A DNA stretch of 64,000 nucleotides from Alphaproteobacteria bacterium (GTDB taxonomy: Bacteria > Pseudomonadota > Alphaproteobacteria > UBA8317). Position 1 is the stretch's first letter. Every line of letters begins with the position of its first letter. The position numbers and the translations under genes are program-made. The notes under the pieces were generated by a model. It was not told the origin of the DNA, ran no database searches, and saw only the letters and a program-made list of their open reading frames with translations. The DNA is taken from NCBI GenBank assembly GCA_038131935.1, contig JAYPQH010000018.1:64001-128000 (forward strand), given 5' to 3'. Shown in pieces: positions 1-9,994 of the stretch.

Positions 1-1
1 T

Positions 2-1117
2 TGGGCTGAAAGACATCTTCAACAACGATGCCAGAGAGGGAAAGAGGACCCTCTACGTTTCCAAGAAAAATTGGGGCGGGGTTCAGGGCAAGGCCCTGTA
101 GATGTATGGATTCATGCAGCCTCCATTGGTGAGCTGAATGCAGCGCGTCCTATTATTGCCGGCCTAAATGAAGAAAACATTAGGGTTCTTGTAACAACCG
201 CGACCCTCTCCAGCGCCCAAATGGCTGCTTCATGGTTGCCAGATTGTCTCCATCGCTTCGCCCCGCTTGATCTACCATCAGCCCGCAAGCGTTTTTTTCA
301 TCAATGGAAACCTCAATGTTTGATCACAATTGATTCAGAAATTTGGCCAGGTTGGCTCTATCAAGCGCAAAAACAAAATATAAAAGTCATGATGTTCAAC
401 GCCCGTCTGTCACCAAAGAGCAGTCGTAGATGGACATCACTTCGCCCTTTTGTCGGCAAAATCTTGCGTCATGTTGCGGTAACTCATGCACAAGATGTTG
501 CCAGCGCCAAAGTCTTTTCTCTGCTTGGATCCAAACAGGTAAAGGTAACCGCACCTTTAAAATTAGCACTTCTGCCCAAACATGCGGAACAAAACGGAAA
601 GCGGGATCGCTTTGTCTTTCTGTCCATGCATCCTGAAGAGCGCGATGTCATCATGAAACTAAGAGATCATATCCGACATCATCAAATATCAATGGATATA
701 TGGATGATTCCCCGTCATCCCGACCGGTTGAATGAATTTGGAAAGTTGCCCAGTGATATCCTCGTAGAAAAACAATTTGGGCAAGTTTCCAAACATCTGG
801 CTCAAGCCAAAGCGGTTTTGGTTGGTGGAAGTTTTTTTCCCCACGGTGGTCAAAACCCATTAGAGCCTCTGATGTTTGGTGTAAGGCCTATTGTGGGACC
901 TTTTATGCATAATTTTACAGGAATTGTGACATTGATGCGTGAGCAAAAAGCGATCATTCAGGTGGAAGACATAGAGCAGGCAGCAGATAAGCTGCTTGAT
1001 ACCTATCAGCAAGACCAAAAAAGCCCTGATATAACTCCAATCATTGCCCATCTTCGTCACCTAGGAAACCAATCCGTAGCCGACGCTTTGCATGCTGTGA
1101 AGGGTGTGTTGTTATGA
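2..1117 (+). CDS. waaA: 3-deoxy-D-manno-octulosonic acid (Kdo) transferase, 5' end outside window
   Basis: Frame is open from base 2 (WAERHLQQRCQRGKEDPLRFQEKLG). Motifs WIHAASIGE, FAPLD, SEIWP, NARLS, PRHPDR, GGQNPLEP. ATGA overlap with lpxK. Confidence 0.93.
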   Translation, partial: WAERHLQQRCQRGKEDPLRFQEKLGRGSGQGPVDVWIHAASIGELNAARPIIAGLNEENIRVLVTTATLSSAQMAASWLPDCLHRFAPLDLPSARKRFFHQWKPQCLITIDSEIWPGWLYQAQKQNIKVMMFNARLSPKSSRRWTSLRPFVGKILRHVAVTHAQDVASAKVFSLLGSKQVKVTAPLKLALLPKHAEQNGKRDRFVFLSMHPEERDVIMKLRDHIRHHQISMDIWMIPRHPDRLNEFGKLPSDILVEKQFGQVSKHLAQAKAVLVGGSFFPHGGQNPLEPLMFGVRPIVGPFMHNFTGIVTLMREQKAIIQVEDIEQAADKLLDTYQQDQKSPDITPIIAHLRHLGNQSVADALHAVKGVLL

Positions 1118-2112
1118 CTTGGCCTACCCCATCTTGGTGGTATCAACGTCCAACCATCACCTCCTTTCTTCTTTACCCTCTCTCTTTGGCATGGCTGCTT
1201 GGCTCACGCATGCGCCGTTTTGACAATGTAGGGTATCAAGGAGATGCTCATCTTATCTTGGTGGGCAACGCGACTGCAGGTGGTGCGGGAAAGACCCCAA
1301 CCGCTATTGCCTTAGCCGAATTGCTTGCCTCTCAAAAACCTGCTTTCATAACCCGAGGTTATGGAGGACGGATGACCAACACTTATGAAGTCTTGCCTCA
1401 CGATAGCCCTAAGGCCGTTGGAGATGAAGCCTTATTACTCGCCTCCTACGCCCCAACATTCATCGGAAAAGATAGAACAGCAGCAGCCAACAAAGCAGCC
1501 ACACAGCATCAACTGCTTATCATGGATGATGGCCTCCAAAATCACCCCTCTTTACGGCGCGACACCGTTTTGTTGATCGTTGATTCAGAAGATGGATTTG
1601 GGAATGGACACATAATCCCAGCTGGTCCCTTACGTGAAACCATACCCTCAGCCTTGAGCAAAGCTCATGGCATCATCCTGATCGGTGACGGGCCACCACC
1701 ACCGGCCTGCCAGAAGTCTTCCGTTCAAATATTTCGTGCGCGACGAACCTTCACCGCAGGTGGATTACCTTTGGCGGGATTACGGGTTTGGGCATTTTGC
1801 GGCATCGCACGCCCAGAACGTTTTTTCCAGGCGCTACGCAATATGGGAGCCGTTGTTGTGGGACAGGAAATATTGGCCGATCATCAACCCATCAATTCAA
1901 GGCTTCTCAAACGTATGACGACTGCAGCCCAGCAACAAAAAGCCGTGTTGATGACCACAGAAAAAGATATGGCCCGTCTTCCACCAGAAAACCGACAAGG
2001 ACTCTATCCGCTCATCATGAAGCTTGAGTTTGAGCATCCCCAAGATCTCAAGAACTTTTTGCTTAATCGTATGAACCCTCAGGACTCCTTGGCAGAAATG
2101 CCCCATCTATAA
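1114..2112 (+). CDS. lpxK: Tetraacyldisaccharide 4'-kinase
   Basis: VGNATAGGAGKTP P-loop, RGYG, GDEALLL, MDDGLQ, GNGHIIPAGPLRE. Confidence 0.96.
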   Translation: MTWPTPSWWYQRPTITSFLLYPLSLAWLLGSRMRRFDNVGYQGDAHLILVGNATAGGAGKTPTAIALAELLASQKPAFITRGYGGRMTNTYEVLPHDSPKAVGDEALLLASYAPTFIGKDRTAAANKAATQHQLLIMDDGLQNHPSLRRDTVLLIVDSEDGFGNGHIIPAGPLRETIPSALSKAHGIILIGDGPPPPACQKSSVQIFRARRTFTAGGLPLAGLRVWAFCGIARPERFFQALRNMGAVVVGQEILADHQPINSRLLKRMTTAAQQQKAVLMTTEKDMARLPPENRQGLYPLIMKLEFEHPQDLKNFLLNRMNPQDSLAEMPHL

Positions 2113-3454
2113 TGGCCGCCCTGCTACCTGTAGATGATTTCAACATGATGGACTGTTCATCGGTCAATTCTTCGAGTGTAACAACATCGCCTTGTTTGTT
2201 TTGTGCGAGCAAAAAACCTCTTTGCAATATGGAATGATGAGAGACCATTTCTAGCATACGGCTGACATGGGACAGGCGTTCTTGCTTGCCTTTCTGTATG
2301 CGGTCGATAGCCCTATCCATACTTTGCTGCAAACGCTTAACCTCCAGATCAAGCCTCACGCAATGTCGAACCAAAGCTCCTGGCTCCAAACCCTTAAGCA
2401 ATCTGTGATAGCGCTCTGATTTGCGTCGCAACAATTCACAAGGTGCGCGTTGCAAACGCTGGCTTAAATGCTGCAAACGCTCCTGGAGATGAGCCCAACG
2501 CCGTTGCGCGTTCCGCAAGCCACGCTCTGCAAAATCAAACCGCTGCTCACAGCGCTGAAAACGCTGTACCAAGGCCCGTTCCATGCGGGCTGCACCTACC
2601 GATAGGCTCTCAAGCATTTGATCCCGTCGGGGTAGCACCATTTCTGCAGCAGCAGTGGGCGTGGGTGCTCGAACATCCGCCACAAAATCTATCAAGGTCA
2701 CATCGGTTTCATGTCCCACTGCTGAGACAACGGGTATGGGGCAACGCGCTACGGCCCGCAACAATTGCTCATCATGAAAACAGAACAAATCTTCAAAAGA
2801 CCCACCTCCACGCGCCACGATGACCACATCAGGTGTTAAAATATGCTGCTCTGATGCCATTTGAGAAAAACCATCCACGGCATGGGTGAGACATGCAGCT
2901 GCATCTTCACCTTGCACGACAGATGGCCAGACCAGAATGGTACAAGGAAATCTATCCCTCATGCGATGAATAATATCGCGCAGCACAGCGCCTGACAAAG
3001 ACGTCACCACCCCCACAATGTTAGGGAGTTGCGGTAAGGGGCGTTTGTGAGCTGGGTCAAAGAGTCCTTCTTGTTCAAGTTTTTTGCGAAGTTTTTCTAA
3101 TGCCAGCATAAGCGCACCGCGCCCAGCCACCTCGATCTCTTCTACCACAACTTGGTAGCGTGACTGTCCAGGATAGGTCGTCAAACGCCCCGTGATGGTC
3201 ATTTCAAGGCCTTCCTCTGGTACATCTTGCAAACGAGGAACCTGTGAGCGCCAGCATACAGCGGAAAGTATGCTGCCCCCCTCTTTGAGGTCAAAATAAA
3301 GATGACCACTTGCCGGACGCCCAATGCGCCCAACTTCACCTCGGACGCGAACATAGGCAAAGCCATCTTCAATCATGGCCTTTATATCTGTAGACAATTC
3401 CGACACCGTGCGTTCGGGCATATGATTGCTATGTTGAAGCATGTCCAGATCCAT
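2063..3454 (-). CDS. xseA: Exodeoxyribonuclease VII large subunit (start may be slightly downstream)
   Basis: TVSELS, SGHLYFDLK, ARGGGSFEDL, SAVGHETD, APTPTAAAE. Confidence 0.96.
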   Translation of the reverse strand: MDLDMLQHSNHMPERTVSELSTDIKAMIEDGFAYVRVRGEVGRIGRPASGHLYFDLKEGGSILSAVCWRSQVPRLQDVPEEGLEMTITGRLTTYPGQSRYQVVVEEIEVAGRGALMLALEKLRKKLEQEGLFDPAHKRPLPQLPNIVGVVTSLSGAVLRDIIHRMRDRFPCTILVWPSVVQGEDAAACLTHAVDGFSQMASEQHILTPDVVIVARGGGSFEDLFCFHDEQLLRAVARCPIPVVSAVGHETDVTLIDFVADVRAPTPTAAAEMVLPRRDQMLESLSVGAARMERALVQRFQRCEQRFDFAERGLRNAQRRWAHLQERLQHLSQRLQRAPCELLRRKSERYHRLLKGLEPGALVRHCVRLDLEVKRLQQSMDRAIDRIQKGKQERLSHVSRMLEMVSHHSILQRGFLLAQNKQGDVVTLEELTDEQSIMLKSSTGSRAAIIDGAFLPRSPEGSYD

Positions 3455-3565
3455 GATCGCACCTTTCTATCAAATAGGGCCTAAGGAAAGACCATTGATT
3501 TATCTGCTGGTCATGACCTACCCCATACAAATGACTGTGCCAACTTGAAGGGAAAGAATAAAGAG

Positions 3566-4831
3566 ATGAACGTTTTGCTTTTAGGTTCTGGTGGCCGCGA
3601 ACATGCGCTGGCTTGGAAAATTGCGCAATCATCCAAACTGAGCAAACTCTTTGTTATGCCAGGATCGGATGCCATGTCTGAGATCGGGCAGCAGGTAAAA
3701 GGCGATATCAACAACCCTCAAGATGTAGCAAATTGCAGCAAAGAACATAACATTGACCTGGTGGTCATTGGTCCAGAAGCTCCTCTTGCCCATGGTGTCA
3801 GCGATCATCTTCGAGATCTCGGCGTTCATGTTTTTGGTCCCAGCCAAGCTGCCGCTCAATTAGAGACCTCAAAAGCGTTCATGAAAGACATCGCACAACA
3901 AGCCCAGGCCCCCACTGCGGCTTTTTCCATTTTTGATGATTACCAACAAGCTCGTGACTACATACGCCAACAAGGCGCACCTATTGTGGTCAAAGCAGAT
4001 GGTTTGGCAGCAGGAAAAGGCGTTGTGGTGGCCATGACTGAGACAGAAGCCTTGGATGCCGTTGATGATATGGCAAAAGGTGCCCATGGTGATGCGGGCA
4101 AAAAACTCGTCATTGAAGAATTTATGCAAGGTGATGAAGTAAGCCTTTTCGTCCTATGTCACGGCACACAAGCTGTGGCTTTTGGCTCAGCCCAAGATCA
4201 CAAACAAATTTTTGAAGGCGATCTAGGACCCAATACAGGTGGCATGGGATCATATGCACCCGCCCCCATGTTTACCAAAGAGCTTGAACAACAGGTTATG
4301 GAAACCATTGTCCACCCAACCCTCAAGGTGATGATGGATCGTGGCACCCCTTATGAAGGGGTTTTGTTCTGCGGGCTTATGTTAACCCAAGACGGCCCTA
4401 AATTGGTGGAATTCAATGCCCGTTTTGGGGACCCTGAAGCCCAAACATTGATGCGCCTGTATCAAGGCGATTTGTTGGATTTGTTGTACAATCTGGCGCA
4501 AGGAAACATGCCTGCACCGCCTTTGATGTTGTCAAAATCACATGCCATGACAGTTGTCATGGCCGCTGCTGGATATCCTGGAGATGTAGAAAAAGGCATG
4601 CCTATTCATATGCCAGAAGATTTTGGAGATCACGTTGTGGTGTTTCATGCGGGAACAAATTTTGATGGCCATCATTTCCGAACGCAAGGAGGCCGGGTGC
4701 TAAATGTTACAGCCACAGGGGATGATCTTCAAACCGCTCGAGACCGGGCTTATGACGCGATCAGCCAAATACATTGGGAGGGTGTTCAATACCGGCGCGA
4801 TATTGGCCATCGGGTGCTGGATCGCAAATAA
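3566..4831 (+). CDS. purD: Phosphoribosylamine--glycine ligase
   Basis: LLLGSGGREHALAW, VKADGLAAGKGV, QDHK, GPNTGGMG, EFNARFGDPE. ATG at 3566. Confidence 0.97.
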   Translation: MNVLLLGSGGREHALAWKIAQSSKLSKLFVMPGSDAMSEIGQQVKGDINNPQDVANCSKEHNIDLVVIGPEAPLAHGVSDHLRDLGVHVFGPSQAAAQLETSKAFMKDIAQQAQAPTAAFSIFDDYQQARDYIRQQGAPIVVKADGLAAGKGVVVAMTETEALDAVDDMAKGAHGDAGKKLVIEEFMQGDEVSLFVLCHGTQAVAFGSAQDHKQIFEGDLGPNTGGMGSYAPAPMFTKELEQQVMETIVHPTLKVMMDRGTPYEGVLFCGLMLTQDGPKLVEFNARFGDPEAQTLMRLYQGDLLDLLYNLAQGNMPAPPLMLSKSHAMTVVMAAAGYPGDVEKGMPIHMPEDFGDHVVVFHAGTNFDGHHFRTQGGRVLNVTATGDDLQTARDRAYDAISQIHWEGVQYRRDIGHRVLDRK

Positions 4832-4839
4832 GACAAAGC

Positions 4840-5292
4840 CTAACGTCGAGATGCAAAAAACTCGCGAAGCAATTGTTGAGAACGTACTTGGTACAACCCC
4901 CCTATTGCTTCCACATGATGGTGACAGCTTGGTTGATGAAAAAAACGGACACCATTATCAACCGCACCAGCTTTGATGTCTTCTGCCGCATAGTAGAGCC
5001 TGCGCAAACGTGCATGTGCAATAGCGCCAGCACACATAGTGCAAGGCTCTAAGGTGACGTACAAATCGCAACCTTCTAAACGCTCAGAACCCAACGCCTT
5101 CATAGCATCACGGATGGCCAACAATTCGGCATGTGCAGTGGCATCACCCAGACCACGCATCTCGTTGCGTCTTGCCGCCAAGCGCTCACCAGATGGACCC
5201 AAGATAATAGCACCAACAGGAACTTCACCTGCTGTTGCAGCTTGCTCCGCAAGCTCTAGCGCCTCTTCCATTGTCGTTGACCGAAGCAGCAA
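4840..5292 (-). CDS. tadA: tRNA adenosine(34) deaminase
   Basis: GEVPVGA, HAE, TLEPCTMC zinc motif. Confidence 0.92.
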   Translation of the reverse strand: MLLRSTTMEEALELAEQAATAGEVPVGAIILGPSGERLAARRNEMRGLGDATAHAELLAIRDAMKALGSERLEGCDLYVTLEPCTMCAGAIAHARLRRLYYAAEDIKAGAVDNGVRFFHQPSCHHHVEAIGGLYQVRSQQLLREFFASRR

Positions 5293-5418
5293 TCGGGTCT
5301 ACTCCCCTTCATCTAAAGTTTGACAGTTAGCATCTTTGCGACGCATGTCTTGATTGTAGCCGAGCTTTGGTGATTGCCACAACCTCAAGGTTCACGCACA
5401 AAAGCAATAGAGGATAAA

Positions 5419-6180
5419 ATGATGGATCCAAAAGAGGCCGCTGCAGGCACACGCATCGCCGCTTACCTTGCGCGGGCTGGTTTGGGGTCACGCAGAAGCT
5501 GCGAAGTTTTGGTTCAAGAGGGTCGCATTACCGTTAATGGTAAACAGATTACCCATCCCTCTCAAAAGGTAACAGCTTCTGATATCATTATGTTTGATGG
5601 AGAGGCCATTAGGCCACCTGAACACACCCGTGTATGGCGTTATCATAAGCCAAAGGGCGTTATCTGCAGTCGGCATGACCCCCAAGGTCGTCCGACTATC
5701 TTCGCACAAGTCGAGCCGATTATCGGCCATTGTGTCTCTGTCGGCCGTTTGGACTTTAATACAGAGGGCCTCATGTTGCTTACCAACAATGGTGCATTCG
5801 CCCGTCATCTTGAGCTACCGGCCAATGGCTGGATTCGGCGCTATCGGGTGCGCGCTTATGGACCTGTTACCCAAGCCAAACTGACAAGCCTTGCTGATGG
5901 TGTAAAAATTGATGACATAAATTATGGTGGGATCAATGCTTTAATTGATAGCCGACAAGGCGCCAACCTATGGGTGTCTGTCAGCATTAAAGAGGGTAAG
6001 AATCGTGAAATTCGAAAAATTTTCGCGCATTTGGACTGCCAAGTCTCTAGGCTCATACGTACCAGTTATGGAGCCTTTCAATTAGGGAAATTGCCTGAAG
6101 GCACGTTGGAAGAAATCCCCGCCAAAATGCTTCGCGAACAATTGGGCGCACAACAAGCGAAAGACTTGGGCATTCCATGA
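5419..6180 (+). CDS. rluB: rRNA pseudouridine synthase, RluB/RsuA family with S4 domain
   Basis: S4 domain (LARAGLGSRR), KPKG, GRLDFNTEGL, EGKNREIR. GAGGA RBS before ATG 5419. Confidence 0.88.
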   Translation: MMDPKEAAAGTRIAAYLARAGLGSRRSCEVLVQEGRITVNGKQITHPSQKVTASDIIMFDGEAIRPPEHTRVWRYHKPKGVICSRHDPQGRPTIFAQVEPIIGHCVSVGRLDFNTEGLMLLTNNGAFARHLELPANGWIRRYRVRAYGPVTQAKLTSLADGVKIDDINYGGINALIDSRQGANLWVSVSIKEGKNREIRKIFAHLDCQVSRLIRTSYGAFQLGKLPEGTLEEIPAKMLREQLGAQQAKDLGIP

Positions 6181-6734
6181 GGGTTGTTTCAGGACTTTGG
6201 CGTGGCCAAAAACTCTATGTTCCTGAGGGTGATCATGTGCGCCCAACATCAGAACGGGCACGCGCTGCGCTCATTGATATCCTTCATGCACGGTATGGAG
6301 GTGACTGGGCATCCATAAAATTTGCTGATCTTTGTGCCGGCAGTGGTGCTGTAGGTATAGAAATGCTCTCTAGAGGAGCTTCTTTTGGTATTTTTGTTGA
6401 GCATGACCCAACAGCGTTGACATGTTTGCGTAAAAACCTCAGCCGTGTGCCTAAGGAGCATTATCGCATTCTCGCCCATAATGCAGAGCGCCTTAATGCG
6501 TGGCAGCATGAAGGACCATTCCATATCATATTTATGGATCCTCCCTATAAAACCGGGTTAGGACAACAATTGCTAACCCAAATCATGGCCGTGGAAGCAC
6601 TGCTAACCGATGATGGGGTGTTGGTGGTAGAACTTGATGGCAAAGAAACCATCACCTCAGTTCAATCAGGATGGAGCGTGGTGATGACAAGGCGTTATGG
6701 CCGCAACCAATTTGTCATGCTGCAAAAAAATTAG
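6177..6734 (+). CDS. rsmD: 16S rRNA (guanine966-N2)-methyltransferase
   Basis: MRVVSG, RPT, DLCAGSG, DPPY. ATGA overlap with rluB. Confidence 0.93.
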   Translation: MRVVSGLWRGQKLYVPEGDHVRPTSERARAALIDILHARYGGDWASIKFADLCAGSGAVGIEMLSRGASFGIFVEHDPTALTCLRKNLSRVPKEHYRILAHNAERLNAWQHEGPFHIIFMDPPYKTGLGQQLLTQIMAVEALLTDDGVLVVELDGKETITSVQSGWSVVMTRRYGRNQFVMLQKN

Positions 6735-8554
6735 CGTCGACCAAACAACTTTTCGATATCTGTCAATTTGAGACTTACATAGGTAGGTCGGCCATGATTA
6801 CATTGGCCCGAAAAAGGTGTTCGTTCCATCTCTCGCAGCAAAGCATTCATTTCCTCTGCTTTCAGACGACGCCCCGCGCGAACAGAGCCATGGCATGCCA
6901 TGGTCGCCGCAACCTGTTCCAAATGTTCTTTCAAAGGCGCCATGTGACCAAGCTCTGCGCATTCGTCTGCAAGATCACGAACCAATTGAGGGATATCCAC
7001 CCTCCCCAACATCGCAGGAACCCAGCGGACGACCACCGCATCATCACCAAAAGACTCAAGCCCTAACCCCATCAAACGCAAGCCTTCTTCATGAGCAAGA
7101 AGTGCGTCCACTTTATCTTGAGGCAAAGATATAACTTCAGGAACCAAAAGATTCTGCGACGGCATATCGCGTCCTTCAAGTGCATCTTGCAACTGCATCA
7201 ACACCAAGCGTTCATGAGCTGCATGTTGATCCACCAGAACAATACCATCTGCCGTTTGAGCAAGGATATATGTCTCATGCAATTGGGCCCGCGCAACACC
7301 TAAAGGCGTGTCAGCTAAAGCCTCCTCATGTATGATATCAGGTACCGAAGCTCCCAAATCAGGCATGAGGGGTGTTTCAGATGCCCCAAGCATATTGTCA
7401 GCAAAAGGTTCGGCTTCGTCCATGGGGCGCGCTTGCGCGCGAAACCCTTGTGCCAATAAATGTCGCGATGGTCGCGCCCTTAACGGCATGGATTGCATGG
7501 CGCGTAATGCATCTGCCGCTGTGGTGGTAGAGGCGCGCGTCCCTTCTTGCAGCAAAGCTTGCCGGACGCCCCCGACAATAAGACCACGTATTTTTTGCGC
7601 ATCTGAAAAACGAACCTCAGTTTTTGCAGGATGAACATTGACATCCAACATGTGAGGGTCAACATCTAAGAAAAGAGCAACCGCAGGATGCCTATCTCGC
7701 GCAATAAGATCAGAATAGGCGCCACGTAACATCCCAGAAAGTTGCCGGTCACGTACCTGACGACCATTCACAAAGAGATATTGGTGCTGCGCAGTACCTC
7801 TGTCAAAGGTTGGTAGAGATGCGAAACCTGCCAAACGCGCTTCACCATCGGACAAGTCAACCCGACATGAATTTTCAACAAAATCTTTCCCTAATATTTT
7901 GCCAATACGGGCCTGATGGCCACCAAGGTCAGAAGGCTCTGAGGTAAGTTGCAAACTTCTACGACCATCAACAACCAAGCGAAATGCTACCGATGGTTCA
8001 GCCATGGCAAACCGTCTCATGACATCCAAAATGGCTGCATTTTCAGATCGCGCTGATTTCAAAAATTTACGTCGCGCAGGCACCGAATAAAACAAATCAC
8101 GCACTTCAATTCGCGTGCCACGGCTGCGCGCAGCAGGTTCAGCTTGCTCTTTTCGCCCAGCACGCACATCAAGTTGCCAACCATGCTCTTCATCTTGGTG
8201 ACGGGTCGTGATGCGAAGATGCGACACCGCACCAATGGAGGGAAGTGCTTCGCCTCGGAAGCCAAGCGTTTGAACACCCATAAGGGCGTCATAACCAGCG
8301 CCTGAACGGATTTTGGAGGTTGCATGACGCGCAACAGATAAGAGGAGATCATCTTTGACCATCCCGGCTCCATCATCATCCACGATGATCAATGAGGCAC
8401 CTGCGTCTTCAATGGTAACCGAAATCTCCTGTGCACCTGCATCAAGTGCATTTTCCACCAACTCCTTCACCACAGCTGCAGGTCGTTCGACCACTTCACC
8501 AGCAGCAATACGATTGATGGTTGCCTCATCTAATTGTGCGATAACGGTTTTCAT
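6731..8554 (-). CDS. mutL: DNA mismatch repair endonuclease MutL
   Basis: NRIAAGEVVERP, GFRGEAL, DVNVHPAK, DQHAAHER, CNHGRPT. Confidence 0.98.
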   Translation of the reverse strand: MKTVIAQLDEATINRIAAGEVVERPAAVVKELVENALDAGAQEISVTIEDAGASLIIVDDDGAGMVKDDLLLSVARHATSKIRSGAGYDALMGVQTLGFRGEALPSIGAVSHLRITTRHQDEEHGWQLDVRAGRKEQAEPAARSRGTRIEVRDLFYSVPARRKFLKSARSENAAILDVMRRFAMAEPSVAFRLVVDGRRSLQLTSEPSDLGGHQARIGKILGKDFVENSCRVDLSDGEARLAGFASLPTFDRGTAQHQYLFVNGRQVRDRQLSGMLRGAYSDLIARDRHPAVALFLDVDPHMLDVNVHPAKTEVRFSDAQKIRGLIVGGVRQALLQEGTRASTTTAADALRAMQSMPLRARPSRHLLAQGFRAQARPMDEAEPFADNMLGASETPLMPDLGASVPDIIHEEALADTPLGVARAQLHETYILAQTADGIVLVDQHAAHERLVLMQLQDALEGRDMPSQNLLVPEVISLPQDKVDALLAHEEGLRLMGLGLESFGDDAVVVRWVPAMLGRVDIPQLVRDLADECAELGHMAPLKEHLEQVAATMACHGSVRAGRRLKAEEMNALLREMERTPFSGQCNHGRPTYVSLKLTDIEKLFGRR

Positions 8555-9849
8555 ACCGAATTTGGCCCCTTAGCCAACTGCGCAAAGAGCTCCTTAAGCC
8601 GTATCTTTCCTTCTTCAACTGCAGGTTGATCAAAGGGATTTACCGAAGCCAACCCCGCAGCGACCACCGTCTCTAGCATCATACCCACCATGACGCGGCA
8701 GAGATCTTCTGGATCTTTATCCATCATGGAAATCATACGCACAGGACGCCCACGTTTGCTTAAGACATCACCGGTTGCCTGAGCTTGCGCGCTCGTGACC
8801 TCAGAGAGATCTCGTCCCACCACCATACCTGTGACGGATGACAACGTCTCTTCCTCCACCACAATTTGCTGAGAACTGGCACAGAGATCAAAAATGCTGA
8901 ACATCTTATCATGGGGTCCATCCATATGAAGCTGTAATTGGGAATGTTGTGCGACAGGCCCCAATACAACGTCCAACAGAAGTCCTGAGCCATCTTTTCC
9001 AACAGACTCAGCCCATAACTGGCGATACCATTGACCCAACACGGCCAGAGACGTGCCATACATATAGGCAATATGGGCGGCATATCCTTGCCGTCTGATG
9101 GTTTCGAGTGCGATGGCAGATTGTGTAGCCGGATGATTGATGGGATCGGCAAGGAAATTCTCCAACATATCCAGCCCAGCGCCACGTAATCGGCGAGGGT
9201 CAAGTCCCATCAACAGTGATGGAAACATGCCCACCACAGAAAACATGGCATAACGCCCCCCTATATTGAGCGGATGAGGCAAAAAGGGAATACGATAATG
9301 ATCAGCAAATGATGCCAAAGGAGATTCTTTAGGCTCAGTGATCACCACCATATGCTTGGCGAGGTTTAGATGCGCAAATTCCAATGATCGACGCACCAAA
9401 CTTGCTTGTATCAAGGTTTCCAACGTTCCACCTGATTTGCTGACGATAAGGAACAAGGTTGTGGAAAGGTCCAAACCATCGAGCAACAACCTCATATCAT
9501 GACCGTCTAAATTGTCAGGAAAATAAAACCTTACGCCTCCCGACCGGAATTCAGCATATTCCCCAGTCAACCCTTGAAAGTGTGCCAACGCCTGTGGCCC
9601 CAGACTTGACCCCCCTGTACCCAAGACCACCACTTGCTGCACAAAACCCATGGCAACGTCCGCAAGCTCAACCATAGCCCCTAAGTCTTGATCAACTTTC
9701 AAAATTTGAAATGGACCGTGCTGATCAGCTGTTAACTCCCCACAAAGCTTAGAGAGAACATCCTCGGCCTCATGCTGTACACTCATTCTGCTTTCCCTCA
9801 TGGACAGATCAAGCGTCTCCGACAAACTCTCAAAGTTATAGGTCAACAT
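8551..9849 (-). CDS. pgi: Glucose-6-phosphate isomerase (short, ~430-aa type)
   Basis: GTGGSSLG, SKSGGTLET, GGRY, QLWAESVGK, QHSQLQ, NPFDQPAVEEGK. Confidence 0.92.
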   Translation of the reverse strand: MLTYNFESLSETLDLSMRESRMSVQHEAEDVLSKLCGELTADQHGPFQILKVDQDLGAMVELADVAMGFVQQVVVLGTGGSSLGPQALAHFQGLTGEYAEFRSGGVRFYFPDNLDGHDMRLLLDGLDLSTTLFLIVSKSGGTLETLIQASLVRRSLEFAHLNLAKHMVVITEPKESPLASFADHYRIPFLPHPLNIGGRYAMFSVVGMFPSLLMGLDPRRLRGAGLDMLENFLADPINHPATQSAIALETIRRQGYAAHIAYMYGTSLAVLGQWYRQLWAESVGKDGSGLLLDVVLGPVAQHSQLQLHMDGPHDKMFSIFDLCASSQQIVVEEETLSSVTGMVVGRDLSEVTSAQAQATGDVLSKRGRPVRMISMMDKDPEDLCRVMVGMMLETVVAAGLASVNPFDQPAVEEGKIRLKELFAQLAKGPNSV

Positions 9850-9994
9850 ATCTTTTCAGCCCCCGTCGATGAATAACAATGCATACTGATCTTCAGCAGA
9901 TCTGCCACATCATTATCGAATAAGTTCGTGCGCGACGTCCACCCCAAGTCTATACCCAAACGCATGACACATTCGATACATTTTGATGGGAAAG

